Below are positions 12,690 through 24,939 of a stretch of 64,000 bases of DNA, piece after piece. The translations under genes and the position numbers were made by a program. Position 1 is the stretch's first letter. Each line of letters starts with the position of its first letter. The notes under the pieces are model-generated. The model did not search any database. It had not been told where the DNA came from and saw only the letters and a list, made by a program, of their open reading frames with translations. Source of the stretch: the human T2T-CHM13v2.0 reference genome, Homo sapiens; assembly GCF_009914755.1 (NCBI RefSeq), contig NC_060927.1; one strand, 5' to 3'.

Positions 12690-14620
12690 GTGTTGGTATC
12701 TAATTACCACACAATAAAATGATACCTCTTAAGTGTTCAATTTAATGAGTTTTGACATTGCTTACTCTCATATAACTCAACAATGTAATAAAGATATAGA
12801 ATATTTTAATCACCCAAGAATGTTTCCTTTTTCCATTTCCAAATATTTTCTTTCTACCACTGATCCTTCTACCCAAAGGCAAACAAGTTCCAATTTCTAT
12901 CTCTGCAGCTTAATACTGCCTATTATTTTAGTTCATATACATGAAATAATATATAATGTAATCTTTTGTTTCTGGCTTGTATTTTTTAACATATTTATAA
13001 TTCTCTAATATTAGTTGGTATTTCAATAGTGTGATTTTTTTTATGGGTTAGAAATATTCCATTGAATAAATAGTATATGGTTCTTTTAAGCATTGTCCTA
13101 TTGGACATTTGTGTTGTTTTCAAGTATTAGCTATTTTGAGTATGGTTGGCATTAATGTTTCTTATATACTCCAATAGCATGGCTATTGGACCTTTTTAAT
13201 AATTGTTTCAAAGTCCTTGATGTTCTATTTATTTTTTTCTCAGTTTTATAACTTAATTATTATTGACTTATTCAAATTCAATGCCCGTTCTCTCAACCAC
13301 ATCCATTGTGCCATTGAGCCTAACCAGATTTTTTTTTAATTTCAGAAATTGTATTCTTTTGTCCTAAATTTTTTATTTATCTTTAATAGTTTATATTTCT
13401 TTGCTGAAACTTTTACCTTCCTATTTTTTTCAGTGCTTTTACTTTTACCTCAGAGAACATGTTTATAATAGTTAAACTCTTTGATAATTTGAACAGATCC
13501 ATCATCTCAGCATTGTCAACTATTGATTATTTTTTTCCCTTGAGAAATGTCTCCATGTCTCAAATTAGTGTATGTTGTGTGATTTTGGATTGTATCCTGG
13601 ACAATTTGAATATTACGTTGTATAGACTATAGGTCTTTATGCAGTCCTCTAGAAAATTTGTACTTATTGTTTGCCTCAGCAGGTAATCAATATGATTGGT
13701 TTTAGATTGCAAGTTCTATCTTGTCTTCTAGGTAATTCTTCCACATTTTTATTACATGACTTTGCATCTGCCTGATGCATGTGCCACTCAAGGCTAACTC
13801 TGAGAATTGGACCGTAATTTACATCTGAATCCAATTTTCAATGCTTTTACTATGTTAATTTAGGTCGGTCCTACATACTCACACCTCAGGAATAAGCCTG
13901 AGGCTTGTAAGATTTCATTACAGAAGGGGTCCCCAACCCCCAGCCCAAAGACCAGTAGCAGTCCTGGCCCGTTAGGAGCCGGGCCACACAGCAGGAGGTG
14001 AGCAGCAGGTGAGTGAGCATTACCGCCTGAGCTTCTCCACTCCTTATGAGAAGCTCTAATGCCTGATGATCTGAGGTGGAACAGTTTCACCCAGAAACCA
14101 TCCTCCGACTCCGTCCCTAGTGCCAAAAAGTTGAGGAACTGCTGCATTAGAGGATTCCCTTTTCCAGCTTTCTACTGTCTGGGATGCCCTCTCACATGCT
14201 ATGGCCCACAGGGCTACCATTTTTCAGTTCCTCTAGCTAAAACATGATGATCATCTCGGAGTTTTAGTCACCCACGCTGCTGCTGTCATGTAGCTCTATG
14301 ATTAAGGCCCACAAGCTGAAAGGGTTTCTACCAGAGTTTTGGCCACCTTTATCTCCCACTTTACAGCTTTGCAACTGGGACCCACACATGGGGCAAAGTC
14401 ATGAGAAAATAACTAAAAATAAAGTTAACTCTCATACAGATTACTTCTTCAGGTGCTGTCTTCCCTCTACCAGCTGCCTTCTTTTATTTAATTTCTGAGT
14501 CCTCAAATTATTTTCTTACCAGAATTTTTAGTTGCAGCGCTATTATTTTAACACCAAACTCATCAGCAGGTAAGATAGGCTGTGGTGAGCTTATCCTCTA
14601 TAGATCAGAATTAGAACTCC
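12690..14620 (-). mobile_element. Old L1M/L1ME fragments, antisense, interrupted by MER1B
   Basis: T-rich reverse L1 3' end motifs (cttaagtgttcaatttaatgagttttgaca, atattccattgaataaat) followed by reverse ORF1/5' type sequence. Confidence 0.55.
13924..14144 (+). mobile_element. MER1B (hAT-Charlie MITE), internally deleted
   Basis: TIRs aaggggtccccaacc ... gttgaggaactgctg; 8-bp TSD cattacag / cattagag. Confidence 0.9.
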
Positions 14621-14923
14621 AGTGTATGGAAATTTTGCCTCAAAACTTTAAAAAAATACATTGAATTCCTCTTACCCAGTTTTGTCTTTACTATAGTACA
14701 GGTTAGAAATTGTGAACTATTTTCCATCTCTTCCATGTTTAAACAAATATGAAATATGTTGACAATAATAGGAGACAACATTTTCACTACTGGATTTGTA
14801 AATTAAAACTTAAAAGGGGAAAATTAGAAAGTTTTATGTAATTGAGGTTATAGCAAGAACTCTGAAATCATATATATATATATATAAACACACACACACA
14901 TATGTATATATGTATATTATAAA

Positions 14924-15279
14924 CAGGTTAGTATCCCTTATGCAAAATGCTTGGGACCAGAAGTGTTTCAGATTTCAGGTATTTTTGTATTTTGAAATAT
15001 TTGCCTATACATAATGAGATATCTTGTAGGTGGGACCCAAGTCTAAACGTGAAATTTATTTAAACTTCATATACACCTTATATACATAGTCTCAAGGTAA
15101 TGTTATACAATATGTTAAGTAATTGTGTGCATGAAGCAAAGTTGTATATGTTGAGCCATCAGAAATACAAGTGTAAATATGGAATTTTTTATTTATTGCA
15201 TAATGTTGGCATTCAAAAAGTTTCAGATTTTGGAGCATTTTGGATTTTGAATTTTTGGAGTAGGAATGCTCAATCCATG
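14924..15279 (+). mobile_element. Tigger4b/MER46-like TcMar MITE
   Basis: Starts caggttagtatcccttatgcaaaatgcttgggaccagaag and ends ggaatgctcaatccatg followed by TA; about 356 bp. Confidence 0.85.
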
Positions 15280-15345
15280 TATGTGTTTAGTTTATATATG
15301 TGTGTGCATATATCTTCTAGCTTTTTTCACTGAGTGGGTCTAGAA

Positions 15346-15552
15346 CAGAATTATCTAATAGAATTTCCTGTGATGACAGAATGTTTCCTATCTGTGCTGT
15401 TTATCCTATCACTAGCCACATTTGGCTATTAAGCACTTTGAATGTGGCTAGTATGACTGAAAAACTGATTTTAAATAGTATTTATTGTAACCGATTTATA
15501 TTTAAATTAAAATAGCCACATGTTGATGTAGCTATTATATTTGACAGCAAAG
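15346..15552 (+). mobile_element. MER3-like hAT MITE
   Basis: Internal palindromic tagccacatttggcta ... tagccacatg motifs and aatagaatttcctgtgatga start. Confidence 0.75.
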
Positions 15553-15554
15553 AA

Positions 15555-17260
15555 CTAGTAGCACACATATAGCATTAGCAATGAGTACACATAGACCTAT
15601 ATTTTGATTTTTAAATTCCATATCTTACTAAAATAAAATAATCAGAGAAAAGGCTGATTGCAGAGCTGGGTCAGGGAAACTATGAAATGAGCTTAGAGAA
15701 TCATGCTATAACAAAAGGTAAATAAGCATTCAAAGAATGAAGAGACATATAAAAATAATATGATAAGCAGATTGAAGGATTCCTGCTGGTCAAATCTGGG
15801 ACAATTATGGGATTAAAATAAATATCAATCATCACAAAATATAATCTGTTAGATAAAATAGGATTCCATGAGCCCTTTTGACTATAAATTGATAAATGCA
15901 TAAATAAAAAGAATGTTAAAACTACTTCTTACTGTGTAGCGTCTAATGTCAATGATGGAGAGAATGATGGAGTTAGAAAGGTACCTGTGGATGCTAAAAC
16001 TACTTAGTGAACATGTGATGAATAACCGGATATTTATAATTACTTTCATGTATGTGATATTTATGTTTTAAAATATTTATATTTATATTCTTGAAATATC
16101 TCTTATAAAACATACCAATTACCAAGAAAAATAATATTAACTTTACAGTGAGGAGATTTGGCAGACACTATCTTATGAAAGTGATCTAATTTTATCTATA
16201 TCAATATAGGAACAAACCAATATCATGTGTTTCCTGATATTGTGCCCTGAGAAGAACACAATATTATTTCTGTAGTATTTCTGCCAAAAATTTATAAACT
16301 GGATTCAATTATAAGAAATTATCACAGAAAACAAAATTAAAAGTCATTCAACAAGTTAACTTGACTGTACTGTTTAAATGTCAAGGGCAAGAAAAAACAT
16401 AATTTTGTAGGTTAAATGAGACTGAAAAGAATTGGCAATTAAATGTAATGCATTGTTCTAGACTAGGAAAACAAGGAGCCATTAAGGACATCAGTAAGAC
16501 AATTGACAAAATGTGAGTATGGACTAAAGTTAGATATTAGTATTATATCTATGATATAATTCCCGGTTTTGATAATTGCACTGTGGTAGTATAAGATAAT
16601 GTTGTTGTACTAAGAAAATGCACACACTAATTTAGGGTAAACTAGCAAGACATGAATACACTCAAATGGCTCAGAAAAAAAAGATCAGTGTCATAAATTT
16701 TATGGGAGGAAATGTAAGGAATTGGTGAATCCAAATGAAGACTTATTTGTGTAATCCTTGCAACTTTTCTGTAAATGTGAACTAAGATAAAATTATATAC
16801 AGAGTGCAAATCAATGTGTTTCTTAATAAAAGCAAATATATATATAATATCAAAAACATAAAACACTTAGAAATACTTTTAATAAAAGTTGTGCTAAGTC
16901 TCTTACAAAACATGACAGACTCACTATTTTAAGTTATCAATGCACTTCAATGTAATCTATAGAAGAAAGTCCGCCACTGTCAAAATTCTGTCAGGATTTT
17001 TTATAGAATTTGACAGGCTAATTTTAAAACTTTATATAGAATAGAAAGGACCTAAAATATACAACAAAACTTTTTTAGAAAAATATAATAAAATTGTAGA
17101 AAATACACAATGTGATTTCAGGACTCACTGGTATGTTACACTAGTTGAGATATTGCAAAAGACATAAATAAATCAATGAAAGAGGATAGAGAATCTAGAA
17201 ACCAACTTGCACATTATATATTAAAATGACTGTTTACAGAATATCAATGGAAATGAGTGA
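15555..17260 (+). mobile_element. Old L1MC4/5-like 3' UTR plus an L1M ORF2 fragment
   Basis: agagaaaaggctgattgcagagctggg, taactttacagtgaggag and ttttgataattgcactgtgg motifs; ORF2-like gaatttgacaggctaattttaaaac at ~17010. Confidence 0.55.
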
Positions 17261-17298
17261 ATACTGGAAAGTAACTTTCTTTTTTTCAACATAAAAAA

Positions 17299-18345
17299 AC
17301 TCCATAGTTTTGTCTTTCTAAAATTGTCACATAATTAGACTTGTATTTAGTCTTTTCAGATTCCTTCACTTGGTAATATGCATTTAAGCTTTCTCCATGT
17401 CTTTTCATGGATTAGTAGCTCATCTATTTTTAGCAATGAATCATATTCCATTGTATGGATACATCACAGTTTATACATTCTCCTACTTAAAGGCATTATA
17501 GTGTCTTCCAAGTTTTAGCAATTATGACTAAAGGTGCCTTAAACAGCCATATGCATACTTGTTTGGATATGTTATCAATTCTTTTGAGTAAATACCAAGG
17601 AGTGCAATTGCTAGATTTTATGGTACATTTAATTTTGTAAGAAACTGTCAAACTTGCTTCCATAATGCCTGTAATATTTTGCATTCCCACCAGCAATAAA
17701 TCAGAATTTCTTTTGTTCACATCTTCACCACCATTTGGTGTTGTTAGGTGTTGGTCATTCTAATATGTCGTGGTATCACATTGTTGTTTCAGTTTGCATT
17801 TTCTGGATGATATATGATGGGAAATATATTTTCGTATGCTTATTTCCCATCTGTATATCCTCTTTGGTTAGGTGTCTGTTAAAGTCTTTCACCCATTTTT
17901 ACATCAGGTTGTTTGTTTTCTTCTTGGTGAGTTTAAGGAACTTTTAAAGATCAGTGGTTGCCAGGGATTAACAGAGGAGTGAAGGTAAGTAGGCTGAACA
18001 CAGAGGATTTATAGAGCAGAGAAAATACTCCTCATGATATCATAATGGTAGACACATGTCATTATACATTTTTTCAAACCCATAGAATGTACCATAGGAA
18101 GAGTGAATCCTAATGTAAGCTATAGAGTTTGAATGACAAAAATCTTTCAATATAGGTTATCAGTTGTAACAAATGTTACAACTCAAAATGTTACTCAAAT
18201 GTTACAATGTTAAATCCTCTTTTGGAGGATGTAAATAATAGAGGAAGCTACACATGAGAGAAAGCAGGAGTTAAATGAGATATCTCTGTATACCTTCCTC
18301 TCAATTTTGCTGTGAACCTAAAACTGTTCTTAAAAATAAAAAAAA
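17299..18345 (+). mobile_element. L1MC1/2-like 3' fragment with inverted 5' part (17299-17944 antisense, 17945-18345 sense)
   Basis: The antisense part begins at the reverse complement of ...aaaactatggag and the sense part begins taaagatcagtggttgccagg; these are adjacent in L1MC consensus. Poly-A at ~18331-18345. Confidence 0.7.
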
Positions 18346-19540
18346 CTTAAAAAAAGAAAAAGTGACCCAAAGTATATATGCTATGAGTACTATTACTTTC
18401 ATAATATGCTAAATAAAAATTTATTTTATCACAAGTGTTGATTACTTGCTTTTAAATGCTAATTTTAAATATTTTAAATAACTAATTTACCTACATTTGA
18501 CTATTTTTATTCTGAATGTACCTGAACTGGGTCAGACTTTGTATGCATTAAAGTTTCCATAAATGTAATTTTGTTAGGAAATTACCATGCAGTTGAGCAA
18601 ACATTACTTCTTAAAGAGCCCAAAATAATAAATGAGCATAAATAATACAGAGTGGTATATAGTATTCATAGTAATCTGTGTACTAGTTCTTATCTGAAAA
18701 TGTGACTCTACTGTGACATGTAGTACACATACAGAATGTATTACTGTGCTATAAGCCAACTAAAATATTAAATGAATTTATCTTATATATTAGGAATGAG
18801 AAAAAATTTGGCACAAACAATAAGCATAACTGACTCTAATTCAAACTGCAACATCTTTTTTCTGTTGGTAAATGACTTAAGGAAATGTTTCTTTTTTTAC
18901 TCTAAAATATGTGAAGCAATCTTGTTGCATTCAAACCCCACCTACCTAATAACTCATGAATGCAAATTGAGCATATCCATGGGTTTTCTACTGATTTGTT
19001 TCTGAAATGCTACTTTTCTCTTGCTTTGATTTGATACCACAATTTTAGTACCACCACAGAATCATCAATTCTTACACAGAATTACTTTAGCTTCTCTGTC
19101 TCTTGACTCCTGGTTTCCCCACAGTCTTTCTTTATTTTAGACTAATTAGAATAACCCTCTGTGGGGAACGGGGGAGGCAGGCTGCATAGAGGAACCAAAA
19201 TGAGAGAGTTGTAAAATCAGAAACCATTGCTAAATATATTCCCTCATTTACTGAAAATATTTAGAAATTAGGGAAAAAAGAAAAAAAATTAAAAACTGAT
19301 GGAAGTGGCAACTAGTTTAAAATTATAAGTGTTGCTCTTAAGGTCTACTGATTGGCCTTAAACCTTTTTTTATTATAAATATAATTATAAAATTTTTTAA
19401 GTAAACAATATTTTTATTCATACAGTGAGAAAAAAATTACCTGGAATGATAAGAATAATTATTTTTAAAAAAGTAGTAAATACCAATAAATACACTTAAA
19501 ATATTAACTTTAAAACTTAAAAGTGTAATTTAAAGAGAAG

Positions 19541-19883
19541 TGCAAACCCCAAAGTATCTGACACAGGTCTCAATCAATTTAGAAGTTTATGTTGTCAAGG
19601 TTAAGGACATGCCCAGGGGACAATTCTGTGCCTTTTCCAAAGATTATTCTGAGGGCTTGAATATTTAAGGGGAAAAGCAAGCTGGAGGGGAAAGAGAGAG
19701 GATGTGGTCACATTACTGAATCCACATGTTGCAAGAGAAAAGGGGCAGACAGGGGAATAGTCCATTATGTATTCTTCTCATGCTCAGTAAATCATCACTT
19801 AAGGTGAACATAGAGTAGCTACTTAGGGAGATAGCTACCTGTGGAGAAAGCTCTCTGCTTAGGAGCAAAAGGAAAGTCAGTTT
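19541..19883 (-). mobile_element. MER4-family 3' LTR with its U3 end and PPT deleted
   Basis: Aligns with 41710-42060 (tcaatcaatttag, gtggtcacattactgaat, gaacatagagtagctac) and then jumps directly to internal sequence. Confidence 0.85.
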
Positions 19884-20573
19884 AATGTTATTTCTTTTAG
19901 AAAATTTTTTGGAGAAATCATTTTAGAAGAAAATGAGTCTCTGATCTTGATTTTTGTTGATCTCTCAAGTCTAGGACACTTTATTCTTGGATGAATATGT
20001 CCCACATAGTTAGAAAAGCTCATTTTTAGGAGGTTGTGAAAAAAACAAGGTCCTATGAAGTAAAATAGGGGGAAGAAGCAAAAAAAAAAAAAAAAAAAAA
20101 AAAAAGAGGGAGAGAAAAGGATAAACAACAAACAAAACAGGGAGAACAATCCTGAAAGCTAATATAAGCCATATTACTGTGAAGTCCATAAACCAGTAGG
20201 CATGTAAGAAAATGGTTTTATGTATATGTGTATATATATATATGTATATATAAAAAACAGTTATTTTCTTCTAACATTTAAATTGTCTAGATTTAGTATT
20301 TCCAATTCACAAAAATGGAAAAAAAAAAGAAGGAAAAAATTAAAAACATTATTTTGGAGATTTGTGGTCAGGATAAGTTTTAGGATTCAGTCCAAACTGT
20401 AGAAAATAATAAGAACTGTACAACATTGGATGAGACTAGAATCCAATAACAGGTGAACTATAGTTTATTTTGAAACATTACTTTTCTCTTTTCAATTCCC
20501 CAATTTTATTAAAGACAAAATCATAATAGGACCAATTCATTTGTAAAATAAGTTTTAGTCTAATTATACTTGG

Positions 20574-21977
20574 TGTAAGTGTTAAACAAAGAGGAAAGAG
20601 AGATGAAAAGTGGCTCAACCATCAAAGACTGGTTTATTTTAAAGAACTTAAACAATTTAAAAGGAAAAAAATAACTCCATCAAAAAGTGGACAAAGGATA
20701 TGAATAGACACTTCTCAAAAGAAGACATTTATGCAGCCAACAAACATATGAAAAAAAGCTCATCATCACTGGTCATTAGAGAAATGCAAATCAAAACCAG
20801 AATGAGATACCATCTCACACCAATTAGAATGGCGATCATTAAAAAGTCAGGAAACAACAGATGCTGGTGAGGATGTGCAGAAACAGAAATGTTTTTACAT
20901 TGTTGGTGGGAGTGTAAATTAGTTCAACCATTGTGGAAGACAGTGTGGCAATTCCTCAAGGACCTGGAACCAGAAATACCATTTTACCCAGTAATGGATT
21001 ACTCAAAGGATTAAAAATTATTCTACTAAAAAGACACATGCACACGTATATTTATTGCAGCACTGTTCACAATAGCAAAGACTTGGAATCAACCCAAATG
21101 CCCATCAATGATAGGCTGGATAAAGAAAATGTGGCACATATATACCATGGAATACTACGCAGCCATAAAAAAGGATGAGTTCATTTCCTTTGTAGGGACA
21201 TGGATGAAGCTGGAAACCATCATTCTCAGCAAACTGACACAAGAACAGAAAACCAAACACCACATGTTCTCACTTATAAGTGGGAGCTGAACAATAAGAA
21301 CACATGGACACACAGGGGCCTGTCGGGATATGGGGGACTAGGGGAGAGATAGCATTAGGACCAATACCTAATGTAGATGACGGGTTCATGGGTGCAGCAA
21401 ACCACCATGGCAAGTGTATACCTATGTAACAAACCTGCACATTCTGCACATGTACCCCAGAACTTAAAGTATAATATTTTTTTTTTTTTTAAAGAAAAGA
21501 ATAAACCTGAGAGGGACTTCCTGCTGAGTTAGGTCAGGAGCATTCTCTCTTACCGGACTAAGAGTATTTAAGGGTTCAATTCTGTAGAGATTATCACAGG
21601 CTTGCAATGTTTTTGTGTCTGTCTTGCTTATCTGGGAGGGAGAGTTGTGTGTTGGTTCTCATACATTTTCCTGCAGCTGCAGGCATACCCTCTGAGTATG
21701 CTTTTAGCTTCCCTATCTTAATGCACCTAAAGGGAAAGGAATGTGCTTATTAGGGTCCACAGTTTTACTGGGGCCCATTGTATGAGTGTGAAATTTGGTG
21801 GTTATCCAAGAGACTTTGCCCCCTCCTTCCCCGCCTGAGCTGTTTTACCTGTGATTTCCTGTCTGCTCTTTTTGGCTGCTTGTTGTTAGAAATTATTTCA
21901 AATGCATGAGGTTAGAAAGGGAGCTGGAACTTAAAATGGCGGTGTTTTTCCAAGATGATAGTGCTCCTGCTCTGTCA
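20574..21977 (-). mobile_element. LTR19-like (LTR19C?) solo LTR, split by an L1PA
   Basis: Minus strand starts TGACAGAGCAGGAGCAC and ends ...CTTACA. Perfect 5-bp TSD cttgg at 20569-20573 and 21978-21982. Family name from recall. Confidence 0.75.
20641..21476 (+). mobile_element. 5'-truncated L1PA (L1PA7-like)
   Basis: ORF2 C-terminus (WIKKMWHIYTMEYYAAIKKDEF, ORF 21108-21290) and 3' UTR ending catgtaccccagaacttaaagtataata. Confidence 0.92.
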
Positions 21978-22414
21978 CTTGGTTTGATTATTTGCATAAG
22001 GTTCAGCAAGAATAATATTTGCCATATAGGCTCTCTCTCTCTCTTTTTTAATTGGCTTTGCAGGGAGCTTTTCCATAAGGAATCTAAGACTGGATCTTTT
22101 TAAAAGTCTCAAGCCCGACCAAGGATTTATCTGTGCCTGAAGATACCTATATGAATTGGGTGTATTCCTCTTTTTTTGAGATCTGGGGAAAACTTGGGGT
22201 TCCTAGGCCTGCCAGAAAGTGACATTCTTTATTTACCACAAGTCAGGTATCTATAAAGGAAAAGGTATAAGGCCAGTTTTTCCAAAGAACTTTTATCAGC
22301 TCTATAGGTCAGACTCATTTTCTCAAGGCAATCTAAAAGTATTCCATTTTACTCAAAGCCTTGGTAATATAACCAGTGACTCCAATTATGCCTTGTTATA
22401 AAGTAAAACATATA

Positions 22415-22709
22415 TTTTTTTTTATTTTTTGAGAAAGAGCCTTGCTCTGTCACCAAGCAGAGTGCAATGGTGTGATATCAGCTGACTGCAACCTCTGCCT
22501 TCTGGATTCAAGCAATTCTCGTGCCTCAGCATACCAAGTTGCTGGGATTACAGGCACACACCATCAGGCCTAGCTAATTTTTATATTTTCAGTAGAGACC
22601 AGTTTTGACATGTTGGCTAGTCTGGTGTTGAACTCCTGGTATCAGGCAATCCACCCATTTTGGCCTCCCAAAATGCCGGTATTACAGGCATAAGCCACGT
22701 CACCCGACC
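22415..22709 (-). mobile_element. Alu (S-family, Sz/Sx-like)
   Basis: Poly-T followed by reverse dimeric Alu; flanks taaaacatat / taaaacagat are TSD-like. Confidence 0.95.
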
Positions 22710-24473
22710 CATAAAACAGATTCTTATAAAACTTATGCAAATAACTATATTGTCAAAAATTAAGAATACTCTCACTCTCTGAAATTTTGAAGAAATTGGG
22801 TAGGGAGAAAAGAATTAAATTTTAAAATTTGCTCATAAGAGTATATTTTATTCAATTGTCAAAAATTGCAAATAGCTTGAAAGAAGAAAAAGTTTTCCTG
22901 ACTCTGAAAAACAAAACAAAAAGAATTAGCAAATTTTTTAACTAAAAAGTCATAAAAGATTATTTTAGTACTCTATTAGTTGAGCCCATGCAATTTATTT
23001 CTGTTCTGCTCAGTATTGGATCAACGATCCTCATGAATACATCAGCTTTCCATGAGAGTCCTGAAAGTTATTTTTTCTATTTTAATGGCAGTCTGTCTCT
23101 AAAGTGATCAGAAACCTGTATTTAAGAGTACTCCTCAGATATCTATAGATGATTATAAGCTGCCCTATAAAAGGATCAAAGTGAAACAACAATTATGGAT
23201 CATAAAAATTATAGAACATCCATGGTTGAAGACACAGTTAACAAAGAAATCTGATTACTTCTGTGGCATATAACAATTTTACATGGCAATCATAATTACT
23301 TCTGAAAAAATATACTAAGATGTATCACAATCATAGGAATATCACACGATTTTGAAACACATACTACTAATGCATTCATATAACTTTAATTCAAAGATGA
23401 TTAAACAACATTTCATATTTGAAAATGCCTCCTATATGATTTTATTACACTAAGTGAACCAAACATGTCTCTTTTGGACTTAAGGGGACATGATATTAAA
23501 AAAAAAATTAATGAAGTCTAAAGGACAAACTTCGGAATTTGATTTGAAAATTTATCAGGTATAAAAATTTTAAAACACTGATATCACAAAATAGGATCAC
23601 AGGTCATTGTAAAATAAGTCATTCATTTAGCCAAAGTGATAACCCAAAGAGTTCACAAAAAAAGTCTAAAACCTTTATTCTTTGAGTAGACTTAATTTTT
23701 CAAACAGTAAGTCCTAATAAAGACAGCATGAGGCCAATTAATTTTGTCTCTCAAATGTTATAAACAAAGCTATTAAATTTTAATCATCTTGACCACAAGA
23801 TATAATTTCCATGAATGTCTCTATAACCTTTTATGATATTTTTTAAGTTGGTTAATGCTCCAAGAAAATCTTGTTAATCTGACACAGGGGCCCAGATGCT
23901 TGTCTTGTTTCATTGTGCCTTTGATATTAATGTTTAATTTATAGAGAAAATCCAAACTAATTTTCTGTCTCAAAATTAGCCCTTATAGTCTCCTGTGCCT
24001 GTCTCTTCCATGATAATCCCTGGGCCTGGAGGGGTTGAATAGTTTCAACTTCTGGCCCTGTGTCTCATGAAAGCAGTTTATTTTGATTGTCATCTTCACC
24101 TGGGTTTGAAGATGAGGCTTTAACTGCTGCCAGTGTTTAATATTTAGCAGGAGTCGGTGTCCTATTTAGACATAGGAGTCAAAGCCCTGCAACTTAACAG
24201 CATAAGCACTTTAAAAGCAATAAAGAAAGTTACAGAGATGTAAAAAACTTAATTAAAAAAATTAATCTCGTTTTTCTTAAGCAAACCAAAAGTTAGTAAC
24301 AATGTCATAGGATTATTTTAATAAAAAATGAAACTGTGTTTAGTCTAGTTACCAAAAAGAAAAAAAAAAAAAAGAGCCTCTGTAGTGTGATTGTTTTTCC
24401 CTATGGGGAGCCTATTTAGACATAAGAAGAGTGTGTCCTTGGTCATAAGTGAAAATTTTCAGTTTCAAGGAAC

Positions 24474-24761
24474 TTTTTTTTTTGAGACAGAATCTGGCTC
24501 TATCACCCAGGCTGAAGTGCAGTGGTGTGATCTCTGCTCACTGTAACTTCCACCTCCTGGGTTGAAGCGATTCTCCTCAGCCTCTTGAGTAGCTGGGAAT
24601 ACATGCAAGCACCACCATACCTGGCTAATTTTTGTATTTTCAGTAAAGGTGGGGTTTTAACATGTTGGCCAGGCTGGTGTCAAATTCCTGGCCTCAAATG
24701 ATCTGCCTGCCTCAGCTGCAAAAATTGCTGGGATTACAGGCGTGAACCACCTCACCCAGCC
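24474..24761 (-). mobile_element. Alu (S-family, Sz-like)
   Basis: Reverse dimeric Alu; perfect TSD tcaaggaac at 24465-24473 and 24762-24770. Confidence 0.95.
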
Positions 24762-24939
24762 TCAAGGAACAATTTAAAGCCAAGAGCACAGAATATTACA
24801 TAGGAACAAAACATTTCTTTAGATCTTTATGATAAACATTTTTAGCATCAGGCCACAACAGCAATTAGAACCTGTGGGAAAAAAAAAAATTACTGTATCT
24901 GATGAGAAAGTTGAAAGAGAGTTATCTCAGGCCTTGTTT

